Origin: a virus
Taxonomy: Duplodnaviria; Caudoviricetes
Strand: one strand, 5' to 3'
Length of the DNA: 24,183 nt
Virus record (IMG/VR): IMGVR_UViG_3300042510_001118
Location: 1 to 24,183 of that record
Shown here: positions 6,295 to 14,794 of the stretch, piece after piece
Layout of the letters: each line of letters starts with the position of its first letter
How positions within the stretch are numbered: the stretch's first letter is position 1
The notes under the pieces: generated by a model
Databases searched by the model: none
What the model saw: only the letters and a program-made list of their open reading frames with translations
Told to the model about the DNA's origin: nothing
Position numbers and translations under genes: made by a program

Positions 6295-6473
6295 CCGACA
6301 AAGACAGAATCATCCAGGCGCTGCGCCCGTTCGCGGAAGCCTACGCCCGCGCTGCCGATCCCATCCCCGACAGCGACCTCGACAACGAACAGCCGCGCCA
6401 CGTCACCGTCAAGCTGGGCGACTGCCGCCGCGCCGCGTCGCTGCTCGGCATCTATCCAAAAGTGAAGGTCTGA
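6291..6473 (+). CDS. Hypothetical protein ('ALRPFA' motif)
   Basis: GTGA overlap; 60 aa; high GC3. Confidence 0.75.
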   Translation: MTDKDRIIQALRPFAEAYARAADPIPDSDLDNEQPRHVTVKLGDCRRAASLLGIYPKVKV

Positions 6474-6474
6474 C

Positions 6475-6945
6475 ATGGACACACTGATCAACATGGCGGC
6501 GGTGCAACGGGTGGAAGCCGCCGCTGCTATGTCCTTCGCACAGCGTGTGGCCCTGCTTCGTCGCCCGCTCCCGTCGCACGCAATCGAGGGCGGAAACTTC
6601 AGGAAGTGGGCCGCAGCAGTTTGCTCGGCAGAGGTTCGCCACCGCGAGCGCGACTATCTCCGGGTAGAGCGCAAGTTGGGCGTCGATGTTCCGCGTTGGG
6701 ACTTCCCCAACAATGACGAGGTCGGGCAATTCGACCACGAGCGGCACGCCGGAATCGCCCTGCTCTGGCTGTCCACCTTGCAAACCCACGAGAGCGAGAA
6801 GCGGACGCCGTGGAACTTCCTGCCGTGGACCGACTGGAAGCGCGAGACGCGCGCCGCCTGGATCGCCAAGCGCCGCAAGCTCTGGGCCGGATTCATCAAG
6901 GAAGTGCGCGCCTACGAACACGCGCGGAAGGAGGCGGGACTGTGA
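6475..6945 (+). CDS. Trp-rich hypothetical protein
   Basis: 156 aa with 8 Trp; starts 1 nt after the previous stop. Confidence 0.75.
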   Translation: MDTLINMAAVQRVEAAAAMSFAQRVALLRRPLPSHAIEGGNFRKWAAAVCSAEVRHRERDYLRVERKLGVDVPRWDFPNNDEVGQFDHERHAGIALLWLSTLQTHESEKRTPWNFLPWTDWKRETRAAWIAKRRKLWAGFIKEVRAYEHARKEAGL

Positions 6946-7046
6946 GCGACGAACGCCTTCTCATCATTTCCGGAACGATTGTTCCCTGCGTTCCCCGCCG
7001 CTCTTGGTGGCATCGGGTCTGCCGCTGGATGCGGGCTCACATCTAA
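6942..7046 (+). CDS. 34-aa small ORF
   Basis: GTGA overlap with GGAGG upstream: MSDERLLIISGTIVPCVPRRSWWHRVCRWMRAHI. Confidence 0.5.
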   Translation: MSDERLLIISGTIVPCVPRRSWWHRVCRWMRAHI

Positions 7047-7066
7047 CAACCGAAGGAGTGTTTTAA

Positions 7067-7849
7067 ATGCCTGATACGATGATGCAATCCGAGAGCATAG
7101 CGGCTCGTCCGTCCATTGCTGATCTAGCTGCGGCGCTCTGCAAGGCGCAGGCCCAGATGGAAGGCGCCAAGAAGGACGCCAATAACCCGCACTTCAAGTC
7201 GAAGTATGCCGATCTTGCGTCCGTGTGGGATGCCATTCGCGGCCCCTTGACCAGCAACGGCCTGTCGGTTGTCCAGCTTCTCCGCTCCATTGCGGGCGGC
7301 GTCGAGGTCGAGACGATCCTGATGCACGCCAGTGGGCAGCAGATCAGCGACGTATTTGCCGTGCCAGCCACCAAGAACGACGCGCAGGGCTACGGCTCTG
7401 CGGCCACTTACGCCCGCCGCTACGCCTTGATGGCGATGGTGGGCGTTGCGCCCGAGGATGACGACGGCAACGCCGCTGTAGGATCTGCGGGTTCGGCTGG
7501 CGGTGGCACGCAGTTTCGCCCTGAGCGACGCGGCGGTTCTGATTGGGTCGAGGAATCGCGTCGAGATGGCACGCTCGATGAGAGCCGCCAGAAGGGCAAG
7601 CTCCCGGCCGCTAAGCAGGCCGCGCCCATCAACACCCCCGCCGCCGCTGGCAGCGCCATCAAGCGCATCGAATGGGTCAAGGCGTCGGTCGCCTTCCTGA
7701 AGGACGCCAGCACCGACGCACAGATCGCCCGTGAATGGTGGGTCGAGAACAAGGCCCGCACCGACGTGATCGAGACGGCGCTGCCGACCGAGTACGAGCG
7801 CCTGCTCGATGCCTACAACGAAGCCCTTGAACGGAAGGTAGACGCCTAA
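7067..7849 (+). CDS. erf: ERF family single-strand annealing protein
   Basis: 'KDANNPHFKSKYADL...LMHASGQ...AQGYGSAATYARRYAL...EDDDGNAA' ERF signature; AAGGAG RBS. Confidence 0.93.
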   Translation: MPDTMMQSESIAARPSIADLAAALCKAQAQMEGAKKDANNPHFKSKYADLASVWDAIRGPLTSNGLSVVQLLRSIAGGVEVETILMHASGQQISDVFAVPATKNDAQGYGSAATYARRYALMAMVGVAPEDDDGNAAVGSAGSAGGGTQFRPERRGGSDWVEESRRDGTLDESRQKGKLPAAKQAAPINTPAAAGSAIKRIEWVKASVAFLKDASTDAQIAREWWVENKARTDVIETALPTEYERLLDAYNEALERKVDA

Positions 7850-8322
7850 TGGACCGCGAGGAATGGAGGCCGGTTATTGGCTGGCCCTATGAAGTCTCAT
7901 CCATGGGGCGCGTCCGCCGCAACGATGGGCGCATTATGTCCCCAACCCAACACGGACACGGCTACCTTCAGGTGTGGATGCGGAATGCAGGCAAGCGTCA
8001 CAAAGAATACGTCCATCGCCTCGTCGCCTTTGCATTCCTTGGTGAACCGCCGAATCCCGATTGCCACGCGGACCACATCAACAGCGAACGCGCGGACAAT
8101 CGCCTAGAGAATCTCCGATGGCTTTCCCCGGCGCAAAACAGAGCGAGGAGACGCATTCGGAAGGGCGAAACGCACCACGGGGCGAAGTTATCTGACAGCG
8201 CCGTGCGCGCTCTCCGGGAGGACCGCTCCGTCAATAACGCCGAGATGGCCAGACGGCTCGGCGTCCGCAGGGAAACAGTCAGAGACATTCGCCTAGGGAA
8301 GGAGCGGACACATGCAATCTGA
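7849..8322 (+). CDS. NUMOD4-HNH homing endonuclease-like protein
   Basis: 'EEWRPVIGWPYEVSSMGRVR' (NUMOD4); 'VHRLVAFAF...DHINSERADNRLENLRW' (HNH_3); C-terminal HTH. Confidence 0.9.
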   Translation: MDREEWRPVIGWPYEVSSMGRVRRNDGRIMSPTQHGHGYLQVWMRNAGKRHKEYVHRLVAFAFLGEPPNPDCHADHINSERADNRLENLRWLSPAQNRARRRIRKGETHHGAKLSDSAVRALREDRSVNNAEMARRLGVRRETVRDIRLGKERTHAI

Positions 8323-8962
8323 ACGTCACGGAATCGGGGGGAACGCCCCGCCGCTGGCTGAGCGGCTGGAGATCGAACACGCCAACCTCGCCGCCAAGGC
8401 GGTTGAGTGCGCCGGGCTCGTGCCCGAAACCCTGGCCCCCGTCACGACGGACGATGATGCGGGAGCCTATGCTGAGACGGCCAAGACGCTGAAAGGCTGC
8501 CTCGCGGCTATCGAGACAGCCCGCAAGAAGGAGAAGGACCAGATCCTGAAGGACGGCCGGGCCATCGACGGGCACTTCGCCACGATGTCGGAGCCGGTCA
8601 AGGCGGCGGCGGATCGTGTCGTCGCCGCTATCAACGCTTTTCAGACAAAGAAGCTGGAGGAGCAGCGCCGCATCCAGCGCGAGGCCGACGAGCGCGCCCG
8701 GAAGGAGGCGGAAGCGTTCGATGAGCCCCCGCCTCCGGTTGCCGCGCCTGTGATCGCCAAGGAAGCTGCCCGCGTGGTGGGCTTCAGCGGGACCAAGGCC
8801 GCCGCGTCCGTGAAGTGGATTCACGAGGTCGTATCCCCCGCCCAGGTGCCGCGTGAGTTCCTGATGGTCAACGAGGCGGCCATCAAGGCGGCCATTGCTG
8901 GCGGGCGTCGCGACATCCCCGGCGTCCGCATCTTTGAACAGGTCAGGACGGCGATCCGCTGA
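8312..8962 (+). CDS. Coiled-coil recombination-module protein (Gam/Gp157-like)
   Basis: 'GIGGNAPP' N-terminus, long helix 'IETARKKEK...AIDGHF', C-terminal 'VPREFLMVNEAAIKAAIAGGRRDIPGVRIF'. Family assignment is loose. Confidence 0.6.
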   Translation: MQSERHGIGGNAPPLAERLEIEHANLAAKAVECAGLVPETLAPVTTDDDAGAYAETAKTLKGCLAAIETARKKEKDQILKDGRAIDGHFATMSEPVKAAADRVVAAINAFQTKKLEEQRRIQREADERARKEAEAFDEPPPPVAAPVIAKEAARVVGFSGTKAAASVKWIHEVVSPAQVPREFLMVNEAAIKAAIAGGRRDIPGVRIFEQVRTAIR

Positions 8963-9423
8963 TGACTACGCGCTTCCTTGAAACCGACGCGGACCGGCGC
9001 ACGCTGATCCGCTTCCTGGAGGCGCAGCCGCTGCCCTTGACCGTCTCGCTATCCAGGGGAGGCAAGCGGTCGTTGAAGCAGAACAAGCTTCAACGGCTGT
9101 GGCTGAACGAGATCGCGGAGCAGCTTGGCGACCAGACGCCGGAAGAGGTCAGAGGGTACGCAAAACTTACCATAGGCGTTCCCATCCTGCGCGCCGAGAA
9201 CGATGCCTTTCGCCAACGCTACGACGCCATCGTGAGGCCGCTGCCCTATACGCAGAAGTTGGCCTTAATGATGGAGCCTCTGGACTTTCCCATCACCCGG
9301 CTAATGACCACGAAGCAGGCGACGGCCTATCTCGACGGCGTGCATCGGCACTTTTCCGAAAAGGGCATTGTGTTGACCGATCCCGGCGACCTTCTTGCTT
9401 GCGCGCAAAGGCAGGCCGCATGA
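8962..9423 (+). CDS. ninB: NinB/Orf-like recombination protein
   Basis: 'KRSLKQNKLQRLWLNEIAEQ...TRLMTTKQATAYLD...GIVL'. Confidence 0.75.
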   Translation: MTTRFLETDADRRTLIRFLEAQPLPLTVSLSRGGKRSLKQNKLQRLWLNEIAEQLGDQTPEEVRGYAKLTIGVPILRAENDAFRQRYDAIVRPLPYTQKLALMMEPLDFPITRLMTTKQATAYLDGVHRHFSEKGIVLTDPGDLLACAQRQAA

Positions 9424-9776
9424 CCGCCCGCCGTGAGTTCTCCAAACGCCAGAAGGCCGAGATAGTCCACCGCGCCATGAACGCGGCGGGCCGGATCGCC
9501 TGCGAGGGCTGCGGGTTTGTCTTGGGCCATCGCCCATACGAGATCGACCACACAATCCCCGAGGCCCTGGTGCTGGACAAGACCAAGCCGCTCACAATCG
9601 CGGAAGGTAAGTTGCTCGGCAAGGAGTGCTGCCACCGTGGCGGCAAGACCGCCAAGGACGTTGGCGACATCGCCCGCGCTGTGCGGCGGGAAGCCAAGCA
9701 TAACGGCATCCGCAAGCCTCCCGCCTTCCGGTCGAAATGGAAGAAAAAGATCAGCGGAGAGGTGGTGCTGAGATGA
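9420..9776 (+). CDS. HNH endonuclease
   Basis: ATGA overlap at 9420; 'RREFS...CEGC...EIDH...CCH...KTAKD'. Confidence 0.8.
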   Translation: MTARREFSKRQKAEIVHRAMNAAGRIACEGCGFVLGHRPYEIDHTIPEALVLDKTKPLTIAEGKLLGKECCHRGGKTAKDVGDIARAVRREAKHNGIRKPPAFRSKWKKKISGEVVLR

Positions 9777-9925
9777 CCGCCGGGCCGTGGAAAGACCGCG
9801 CCTCCTTTGAGACGTGGTGGCGTCAGAACGTCATCGCCTTCAATCGGCTTGCCGTCACGGACCCGCGCGAATGGGAACGCATCGCCAAACACGTTGAGGA
9901 ATTCCAAAGGAGCAGGAACACATGA
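9773..9925 (+). CDS. 50-aa hypothetical protein
   Basis: ATGA overlaps at both ends; MTAGPWKDRASFETWWRQNVIAFNRLAVTDPREWERIAKHVEEFQRSRNT. Confidence 0.6.
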   Translation: MTAGPWKDRASFETWWRQNVIAFNRLAVTDPREWERIAKHVEEFQRSRNT

Positions 9926-10140
9926 CCGACGACCAAACCTTGCGCGTTGCCGTGCAGGCGGTGCGTCTCTACGCCGAGTCGCATCCGCGACCTACGCAGG
10001 TCACGCAAAAGCAGGCAGCGCAGATGCTGCGCGTCCACCCTAAGACCGTGCGGAACTACATCATGGCCGGTAAACTGCGGCTCAATGCTTGTGGGCTGAT
10101 TGCAATCGAGGCCGTGGATGCGCTGCGCGCTCCCCAATAA
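9922..10140 (+). CDS. xis: Excisionase-like HTH protein
   Basis: 'VTQKQAAQMLRVHPKTVRNYIMAGKL' HTH_17-like; directly before attP and int. Confidence 0.75.
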   Translation: MTDDQTLRVAVQAVRLYAESHPRPTQVTQKQAAQMLRVHPKTVRNYIMAGKLRLNACGLIAIEAVDALRAPQ

Positions 10141-10357
10141 TTACGCACGACAGGCACGGAACGCTTTAGGTGCTGGGTTTTTGCGTCCGGCCGGGGGCAC
10201 CAAGGGCGTTATCCCGGCTTGTCTGCGCATCGGTCAACCAGCGGCAAATATAGACGGCATGGGCACTAACCGGGCATCGCGCTTGCCCCTGAATATCCCT
10301 CAAACTGGACAATCTAGCCACGGACTCCCCATTATTCCCCCACGGGGTTACGCACGA
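10141..10357. other. attP site with tRNA-Leu-like core and arm-type repeats
   Basis: Core GTCCGGCCGGGGGCACCA at 10185-10202 looks like a tRNA T-stem/acceptor/CCA end. TTACGCACGA direct repeats at 10141 and 10348 flank it. Confidence 0.75.
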
Positions 10358-10364
10358 GGGCGAT

Positions 10365-11348
10365 ATGGCATCGGTGGGGAAACATAGCCGGGGATACCGG
10401 GCGCAGGTTTATGTCGGCGGGCGACGAGCGTCGAAGGTTTTCCGCACGCTGCGCGAGGCCAACGCCTGGGCGGCGCAGATGGAGGAGCAGCTCGCCGCGG
10501 CGCCGGCCGATCGGCACACACTGCGCGACCTGATCGACGACTACGTCGACAAGGTCATGTCGAAGAAGCGCGGCAACGTGCACGAGGAGCGCCAGGCCAA
10601 GGCGTTCCTCCGAGACTTCGCCTGGCTGGCCGACAAGCGCCTGGCCGATCTCGACACGCCAGACTTCGTGCGGTGGCGCGACGAGCGGCTGCAGTCGGTG
10701 AGCGATGCCACGGTGCTGCGCAATCTGAACTGGCTGCGCCACGCATTCAGGATCGCGAGGGAGGAATGGCGGTGGATGACCGGCAACCCGCTGCAGGGCC
10801 TACGCATCCCCAGGAACCCGGCCCCGCGCACTCGGCGGGTGAGCCCCGGCGAAGTCCGCGCCCTGTGCCGCATCCTCGACTACAGGCCCGGCAATGCCCC
10901 TCAGACAAAGGGGCAGGAGGTCGCATTAGCCTTCATGGTCGCCCTGCGGTCCGGTATGCGGGCGGGTGAAATCTTGAGCCTTGGCCGGGGAAATCTTGAC
11001 CTACGCCGCCGGGTTGCGTCAGTAGCGCACAAGACGCAGCATTTGACAGGCAAGCCCCGCGACGTGCCCCTGACGCACCATGCTGTGCGGCTCTTGCGCC
11101 CAGTGGCCGACAGGGATGCGTGCTTCACCATATCAAGCGCCGTGCTGGATACCCTATTCCGCAAGGCGCGCGACCGGCTTTTAATCGAGGACTTGCACTT
11201 TCACGACAGCCGCGCGGAGGCCCTGACACGCCTTGCCCGCAAGGTTGACGTGATGACACTTGCCAAGATCAGCGGGCACAAGGACGTGCGTATTCTAGTC
11301 GGGACGTACTACCGCGAGACTGCCGAGCAGATCGCGGCCAGACTCTAA
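10365..11348 (+). CDS. int: Tyrosine integrase
   Basis: Catalytic residues in 'GMRAGEI', 'HKT', 'FHDSR', 'SGHKD', 'YY'; arm-binding N-terminus. Confidence 0.95.
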   Translation: MASVGKHSRGYRAQVYVGGRRASKVFRTLREANAWAAQMEEQLAAAPADRHTLRDLIDDYVDKVMSKKRGNVHEERQAKAFLRDFAWLADKRLADLDTPDFVRWRDERLQSVSDATVLRNLNWLRHAFRIAREEWRWMTGNPLQGLRIPRNPAPRTRRVSPGEVRALCRILDYRPGNAPQTKGQEVALAFMVALRSGMRAGEILSLGRGNLDLRRRVASVAHKTQHLTGKPRDVPLTHHAVRLLRPVADRDACFTISSAVLDTLFRKARDRLLIEDLHFHDSRAEALTRLARKVDVMTLAKISGHKDVRILVGTYYRETAEQIAARL

Positions 11349-11411
11349 TCCCACTCGGGAAGATTGAGAACGTGGCGCGGCAATGCGGGCCGGTTTCTTC
11401 CCGCTCGGGCA

Positions 11412-11630
11412 TCACGCGATGTCATCCATAGCCCGGATCATAGCGCGCGGTATTTGCATTGCCGCAACGCACTCATCATCTGAGACGGTGGCCGCCACCA
11501 TGACGTGATCCGCGTCCTCTGCCACCAGAAAGCCCACGGTGACGCAGACTTGTGGCGCCATCGGCTCCGTATGCTTGCACCACATCGCCACAGCTAGAGC
11601 GTCCCACCACGTCACGCGAACGATTTTCAT
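11412..11630 (-). CDS. Small beta-rich phage protein
   Basis: 'IVRVTWWDA...W...CVTVGFLVAED...IPRAMI'; ATGA overlap with the phosphoesterase gene. Confidence 0.75.
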   Translation of the reverse strand: MKIVRVTWWDALAVAMWCKHTEPMAPQVCVTVGFLVAEDADHVMVAATVSDDECVAAMQIPRAMIRAMDDIA

Positions 11631-12877
11631 GCCGCGCTCCTGTCAAACATGCCCGGATTAACAGTGTGGCGCTCCACCTCGCCATGCTCACGGTGGAAGA
11701 CGATGGCTTTCATGGACTGCCGGGAGCGGTAGCCGTTGGACGCGGCATAGGCATCGGCCGGCGGCAGGACGCCCAAGGTTTCGACGTTGCAGCCTGGGTA
11801 CTCTTTGACGGCCTCGTGGTGGACGTGGCCGGTTAACCAAAGCCGATACGACGTGCGGCCCCAGGCTGCCGGCTGGTCCGTTGCCATGATGGACGGAAGG
11901 TGCTGCGGCTTGGCTTTGTCGCCGTGATGTGTGCCTATTAGGACGCGACCCCACTCAAAATAGTGGAAGTGCTGGGGCGACGTATCGACCGAGACACGCG
12001 GCTCGTTTTCGTAGAGGACGCCTAGCAATACGGTCATGAATGCCGCCGTCGCCGGGTCGTGGTTCCCTTTTTCAAAGATCACCCGGACGCGGCCATGCCG
12101 CGCCAGCGCCGCGCTAATCATGTGCCGAACCATACGCACCGCGCATTGGATCATTTTGGGAAACCGCCCGTCCGCATCCAGCAGGTTCTTGTGCTGCGGC
12201 GTGACGGCGGCATAGGAATCGTAATGAAGGAAATCGCCCAACCACGCGATAAGCGCCTGCTCTGACGGCGGGCATACCTCGATCAGCCGTTGCGAGGCGT
12301 CGGCTAAAAGCTGCTCACTGCGGGCCAGATCGTAGTTTTCGCCGCCTGTTTCCTCGCTCCAGGCGCGCATGCCGACGTGGTGATCCCCGACCGGGTAGAC
12401 CGCGAGAACGTCGCTCGAAACGGCATGCTTGCCGCGCGGCACCTGCTTGGCGCGCTTCACGTCGGCCGCGATGTCCGCAGCGCATTGCTTCCACAGGGCC
12501 TCGCGCTCGGCCTCGTCTGCCTTCTCTGTCACCCACTGTTGAGTAATTGCGCCCGTCTGGTCATATAGCCGGGAGGTTTTGACGATCTTTTTCGGGTCGG
12601 GAAGCTGGACGGTATCGCCTTCGGCCCGGCCGGCGAGCCGCGTCTTATCCCACCTGCCGCGCTCGTTGCCGTCGCCGTCGTAAAGGACGGACTGCCCTTT
12701 CATCACCATGCGCTGGCCGTCTGGTCTAAAGCCCCGGCGCTCGGCTTCCCGCACGCGGTGTTGAAATGTCGTCCGCGACATCCTGAGATAGTCTGCCGCC
12801 GCGCTCTGACTGCCCAACCGGGCCACCGCTTCGACCGCCTCTTGCAACGCCTCGTCAGTCAGGCTCTGCGCGGCCAT
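11627..12877 (-). CDS. HTH-fused calcineurin-like metallophosphoesterase
   Basis: Motifs GDHH, GDFLH, GNHD, HHGD and GHVHH in canonical order; N-terminal HTH 'GSQSAAADYLRMSRTTFQHRV'. Confidence 0.85.
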   Translation of the reverse strand: MAAQSLTDEALQEAVEAVARLGSQSAAADYLRMSRTTFQHRVREAERRGFRPDGQRMVMKGQSVLYDGDGNERGRWDKTRLAGRAEGDTVQLPDPKKIVKTSRLYDQTGAITQQWVTEKADEAEREALWKQCAADIAADVKRAKQVPRGKHAVSSDVLAVYPVGDHHVGMRAWSEETGGENYDLARSEQLLADASQRLIEVCPPSEQALIAWLGDFLHYDSYAAVTPQHKNLLDADGRFPKMIQCAVRMVRHMISAALARHGRVRVIFEKGNHDPATAAFMTVLLGVLYENEPRVSVDTSPQHFHYFEWGRVLIGTHHGDKAKPQHLPSIMATDQPAAWGRTSYRLWLTGHVHHEAVKEYPGCNVETLGVLPPADAYAASNGYRSRQSMKAIVFHREHGEVERHTVNPGMFDRSAA

Positions 12878-13137
12878 CAGAGCTTTCCGCCTTTCACAAA
12901 CTCAACGAGGCTTGCGTGCCGGGTTCTACAGGTGACGTAGGCTTGAGCGACCCGGATACGCTCGGCGGCAATCTCGTTGTCGCTGGCGTTGTCCAGCGCG
13001 AGGGTCGGATCAACGCACGGGAGGAGAAGGCTCGCGTCCGGGGTCCGCTCCACCAGGCGGGGCGATGATGTCCCGCACGCCGACACTAGCAGCACGCATG
13101 CTAGGGCTGGCAGCGCATTCACGAGTGACAGGCGCAC
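12877..13137 (-). CDS. Rz1: Outer-membrane spanin (lipoprotein)
   Basis: Lipobox-like 'LLVSAC'; overlaps the 3' end of the i-spanin in another frame. Confidence 0.8.
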   Translation of the reverse strand: MRLSLVNALPALACVLLVSACGTSSPRLVERTPDASLLLPCVDPTLALDNASDNEIAAERIRVAQAYVTCRTRHASLVEFVKGGKL

Positions 13138-13378
13138 TGTAGATCCTTTCGGTTACGGTCACGACCTTGGTTTCGAGCTTGGAAAGCGCGTCGGCTTGCC
13201 GGGAGACAATCTCAGCGGACAGGCGGGCGTCGGCTTCCTTCTGGGCAATGACCGCGCTGGCGGCGGCCAACTGCACCTCGAGCTTGCCGTTTTCTGCCCA
13301 CGCCATTTTTAACAGGATGCCGGATGCCACCAGAAGGACGGCCAGCACGCCCGCGCCAATGGCGAGATACTTGCTCAC
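13010..13378 (-). CDS. Rz: Inner-membrane spanin
   Basis: GTG at 13378 (GTGA overlap); N-terminal TM 'YLAIGAGVLAVLLVASGILL', then coiled coil with a Cys. Confidence 0.8.
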   Translation of the reverse strand: MSKYLAIGAGVLAVLLVASGILLKMAWAENGKLEVQLAAASAVIAQKEADARLSAEIVSRQADALSKLETKVVTVTERIYSAPVTRECAASPSMRAASVGVRDIIAPPGGADPGREPSPPVR

Positions 13379-13812
13379 GGGATGCGCGCCGCGAACCGCG
13401 CGCCCCGGAACTGCTCGCGCTCGCCGTTGCGCCGCGACGTGATTTCCGGGGGAATGTGCCAACGGTCGAATTGCAGCGCCGCGCCTTCGTAGTCGCCCGC
13501 GTTGATCTTCTTCAGGAGGGTAGACGACTTGAAGGCACCCTCGCCCACGTTGAAGGCGAACGAGACAAGCGCGTCGAACTGGTGCCGCTCAAGGCCGACC
13601 TTCACGCCATCGTTGATGGCCCTCTCAAATCGGTTCAGGTTGTAGCGCAGATCCTCGTCGGCCTGTTCCTGTGTGATGGGAGGCCCGTTGGGGATCACGC
13701 CGACAGTATTTCCGACACCCGATGTCCAGACGCCGACCGAATCGAGATAGGGCTTCAGCACGCAGCCCTCGCGCTCTGTCAGGAGCTTCAAGCCCTGGTC
13801 GCTGGTTTTCAT
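13375..13812 (-). CDS. Endolysin, GH24 phage lysozyme
   Basis: 'EGCVLKPYLDSVGVWTSGVG' (E-x8-D-x5-T triad); 'QFDALVSFAFNVG...STLLKKIN...RRNGE'. Confidence 0.95.
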   Translation of the reverse strand: MKTSDQGLKLLTEREGCVLKPYLDSVGVWTSGVGNTVGVIPNGPPITQEQADEDLRYNLNRFERAINDGVKVGLERHQFDALVSFAFNVGEGAFKSSTLLKKINAGDYEGAALQFDRWHIPPEITSRRNGEREQFRGARFAARIP

Positions 13813-14009
13813 GTCGTGCCCCTTTCCTGCTCGCGCATCCGGCGCATGAGAATGTCCATGCCGTCCGCGACGAGGTTGCGAAGTTCGCCAGCAGACACGG
13901 CGAAAACTAGGTCCCGCTCGCCGTCGAAGACCTTGAGGCGCACGGGTTGGCCGTGTTCGCAGATAATGCGCGGCATGTGGCCGGTTGTGTGTCCCGGCCC
14001 GGCTCGCAT
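13809..14009 (-). CDS. 66-aa hypothetical protein in the lysis region
   Basis: ATG at 14009 (TGATG overlap); stop overlaps the endolysin start (ATGA). Confidence 0.55.
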   Translation of the reverse strand: MRAGPGHTTGHMPRIICEHGQPVRLKVFDGERDLVFAVSAGELRNLVADGMDILMRRMREQERGTT

Positions 14010-14347
14010 CAGATTACCACCGCGAGAATTGTCGCGACGGCAAAGACCCCGACCCACCCCCACTCGCCGCAGTCCGCCCGCAGGGATGCCCGGACGAACA
14101 GCGCAGCGCCGATGATCTGGACGAGGCGGCCGGATGCGGACCACGCCACGGCCTCCGCTGTCCAGTTGGTCGCGCCGAAAACGGCGACCACTAGCTCGCG
14201 GATCAGGGTGCCGGCGAGAAACAGGCCAAAGGCGAAAAGAAAGTCGCGACGAACGGCGGTTCGCCAGCGGACAAAACACGCCGCGATGCCCGCAAGGCAA
14301 AGAAGCCCCAGCAGTTCGGACGTGTTGTGGAGGTACGAGCCGCCCAT
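14009..14347 (-). CDS. Multi-pass membrane protein (holin candidate)
   Basis: About four hydrophobic segments in 112 aa; GGAG RBS; TAATG overlap. Confidence 0.65.
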   Translation of the reverse strand: MGGSYLHNTSELLGLLCLAGIAACFVRWRTAVRRDFLFAFGLFLAGTLIRELVVAVFGATNWTAEAVAWSASGRLVQIIGAALFVRASLRADCGEWGWVGVFAVATILAVVI

Positions 14348-14547
14348 TATTGCTTCTCCTTGTTGCCGGCCAAATCGCCGCCGAGCGCGGAAAGCCCGTC
14401 GTCTAGTGGGATCTCCTCCAGAAATCGTGCCAGTGCTCGCATCGACCGCTGCATGTTCAGCCTCGCCGCCTCGCGCTCCCGGTCTGCGTCCGCCGCTTGC
14501 TTGCGAAGCGCGTCCACCTCGAGTTGGTCTTTTCGCCAGAACATCAC
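14347..14547 (-). CDS. 66-aa helical hypothetical protein
   Basis: Coupled to both neighbours; charged coiled-coil-like sequence. Confidence 0.65.
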   Translation of the reverse strand: MMFWRKDQLEVDALRKQAADADREREAARLNMQRSMRALARFLEEIPLDDGLSALGGDLAGNKEKQ

Positions 14548-14792
14548 GGCCGCCCTTTCAGCGCCGCAAGCGCCAAGTCTAACGTCACCTTCATGTCTTT
14601 GAGCGCATCGGTGACGGTGCGGATATTGTCGGCCTGCTGCGTCAGAAGCGTCTTGGTTTCACCGATGCGGGCCTCGTAGGAGGAGATCAGGGCCTTCGCG
14701 AGCGTCCAGACGGCAGCGGCCAGCGCAATCAAAATCACGCCGAAGCCGCCCCACTGGGCAACGACAGGGGCGGTCAGGGTCGCGTCGGGCAT
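14544..14792 (-). CDS. Single-pass membrane protein with coiled coil (BhlA-type holin-like)
   Basis: 'QWGGFGVILIALAAAVWTL' TM followed by an amphipathic helix. Confidence 0.65.
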   Translation of the reverse strand: MPDATLTAPVVAQWGGFGVILIALAAAVWTLAKALISSYEARIGETKTLLTQQADNIRTVTDALKDMKVTLDLALAALKGRP

Positions 14793-14794
14793 CT

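Noticed and set aside
10130-10202. Complete tRNA gene
   Set aside because: Only the last 18 nt resemble a tRNA; there is no TTCGA T-loop, D arm or anticodon arm upstream.
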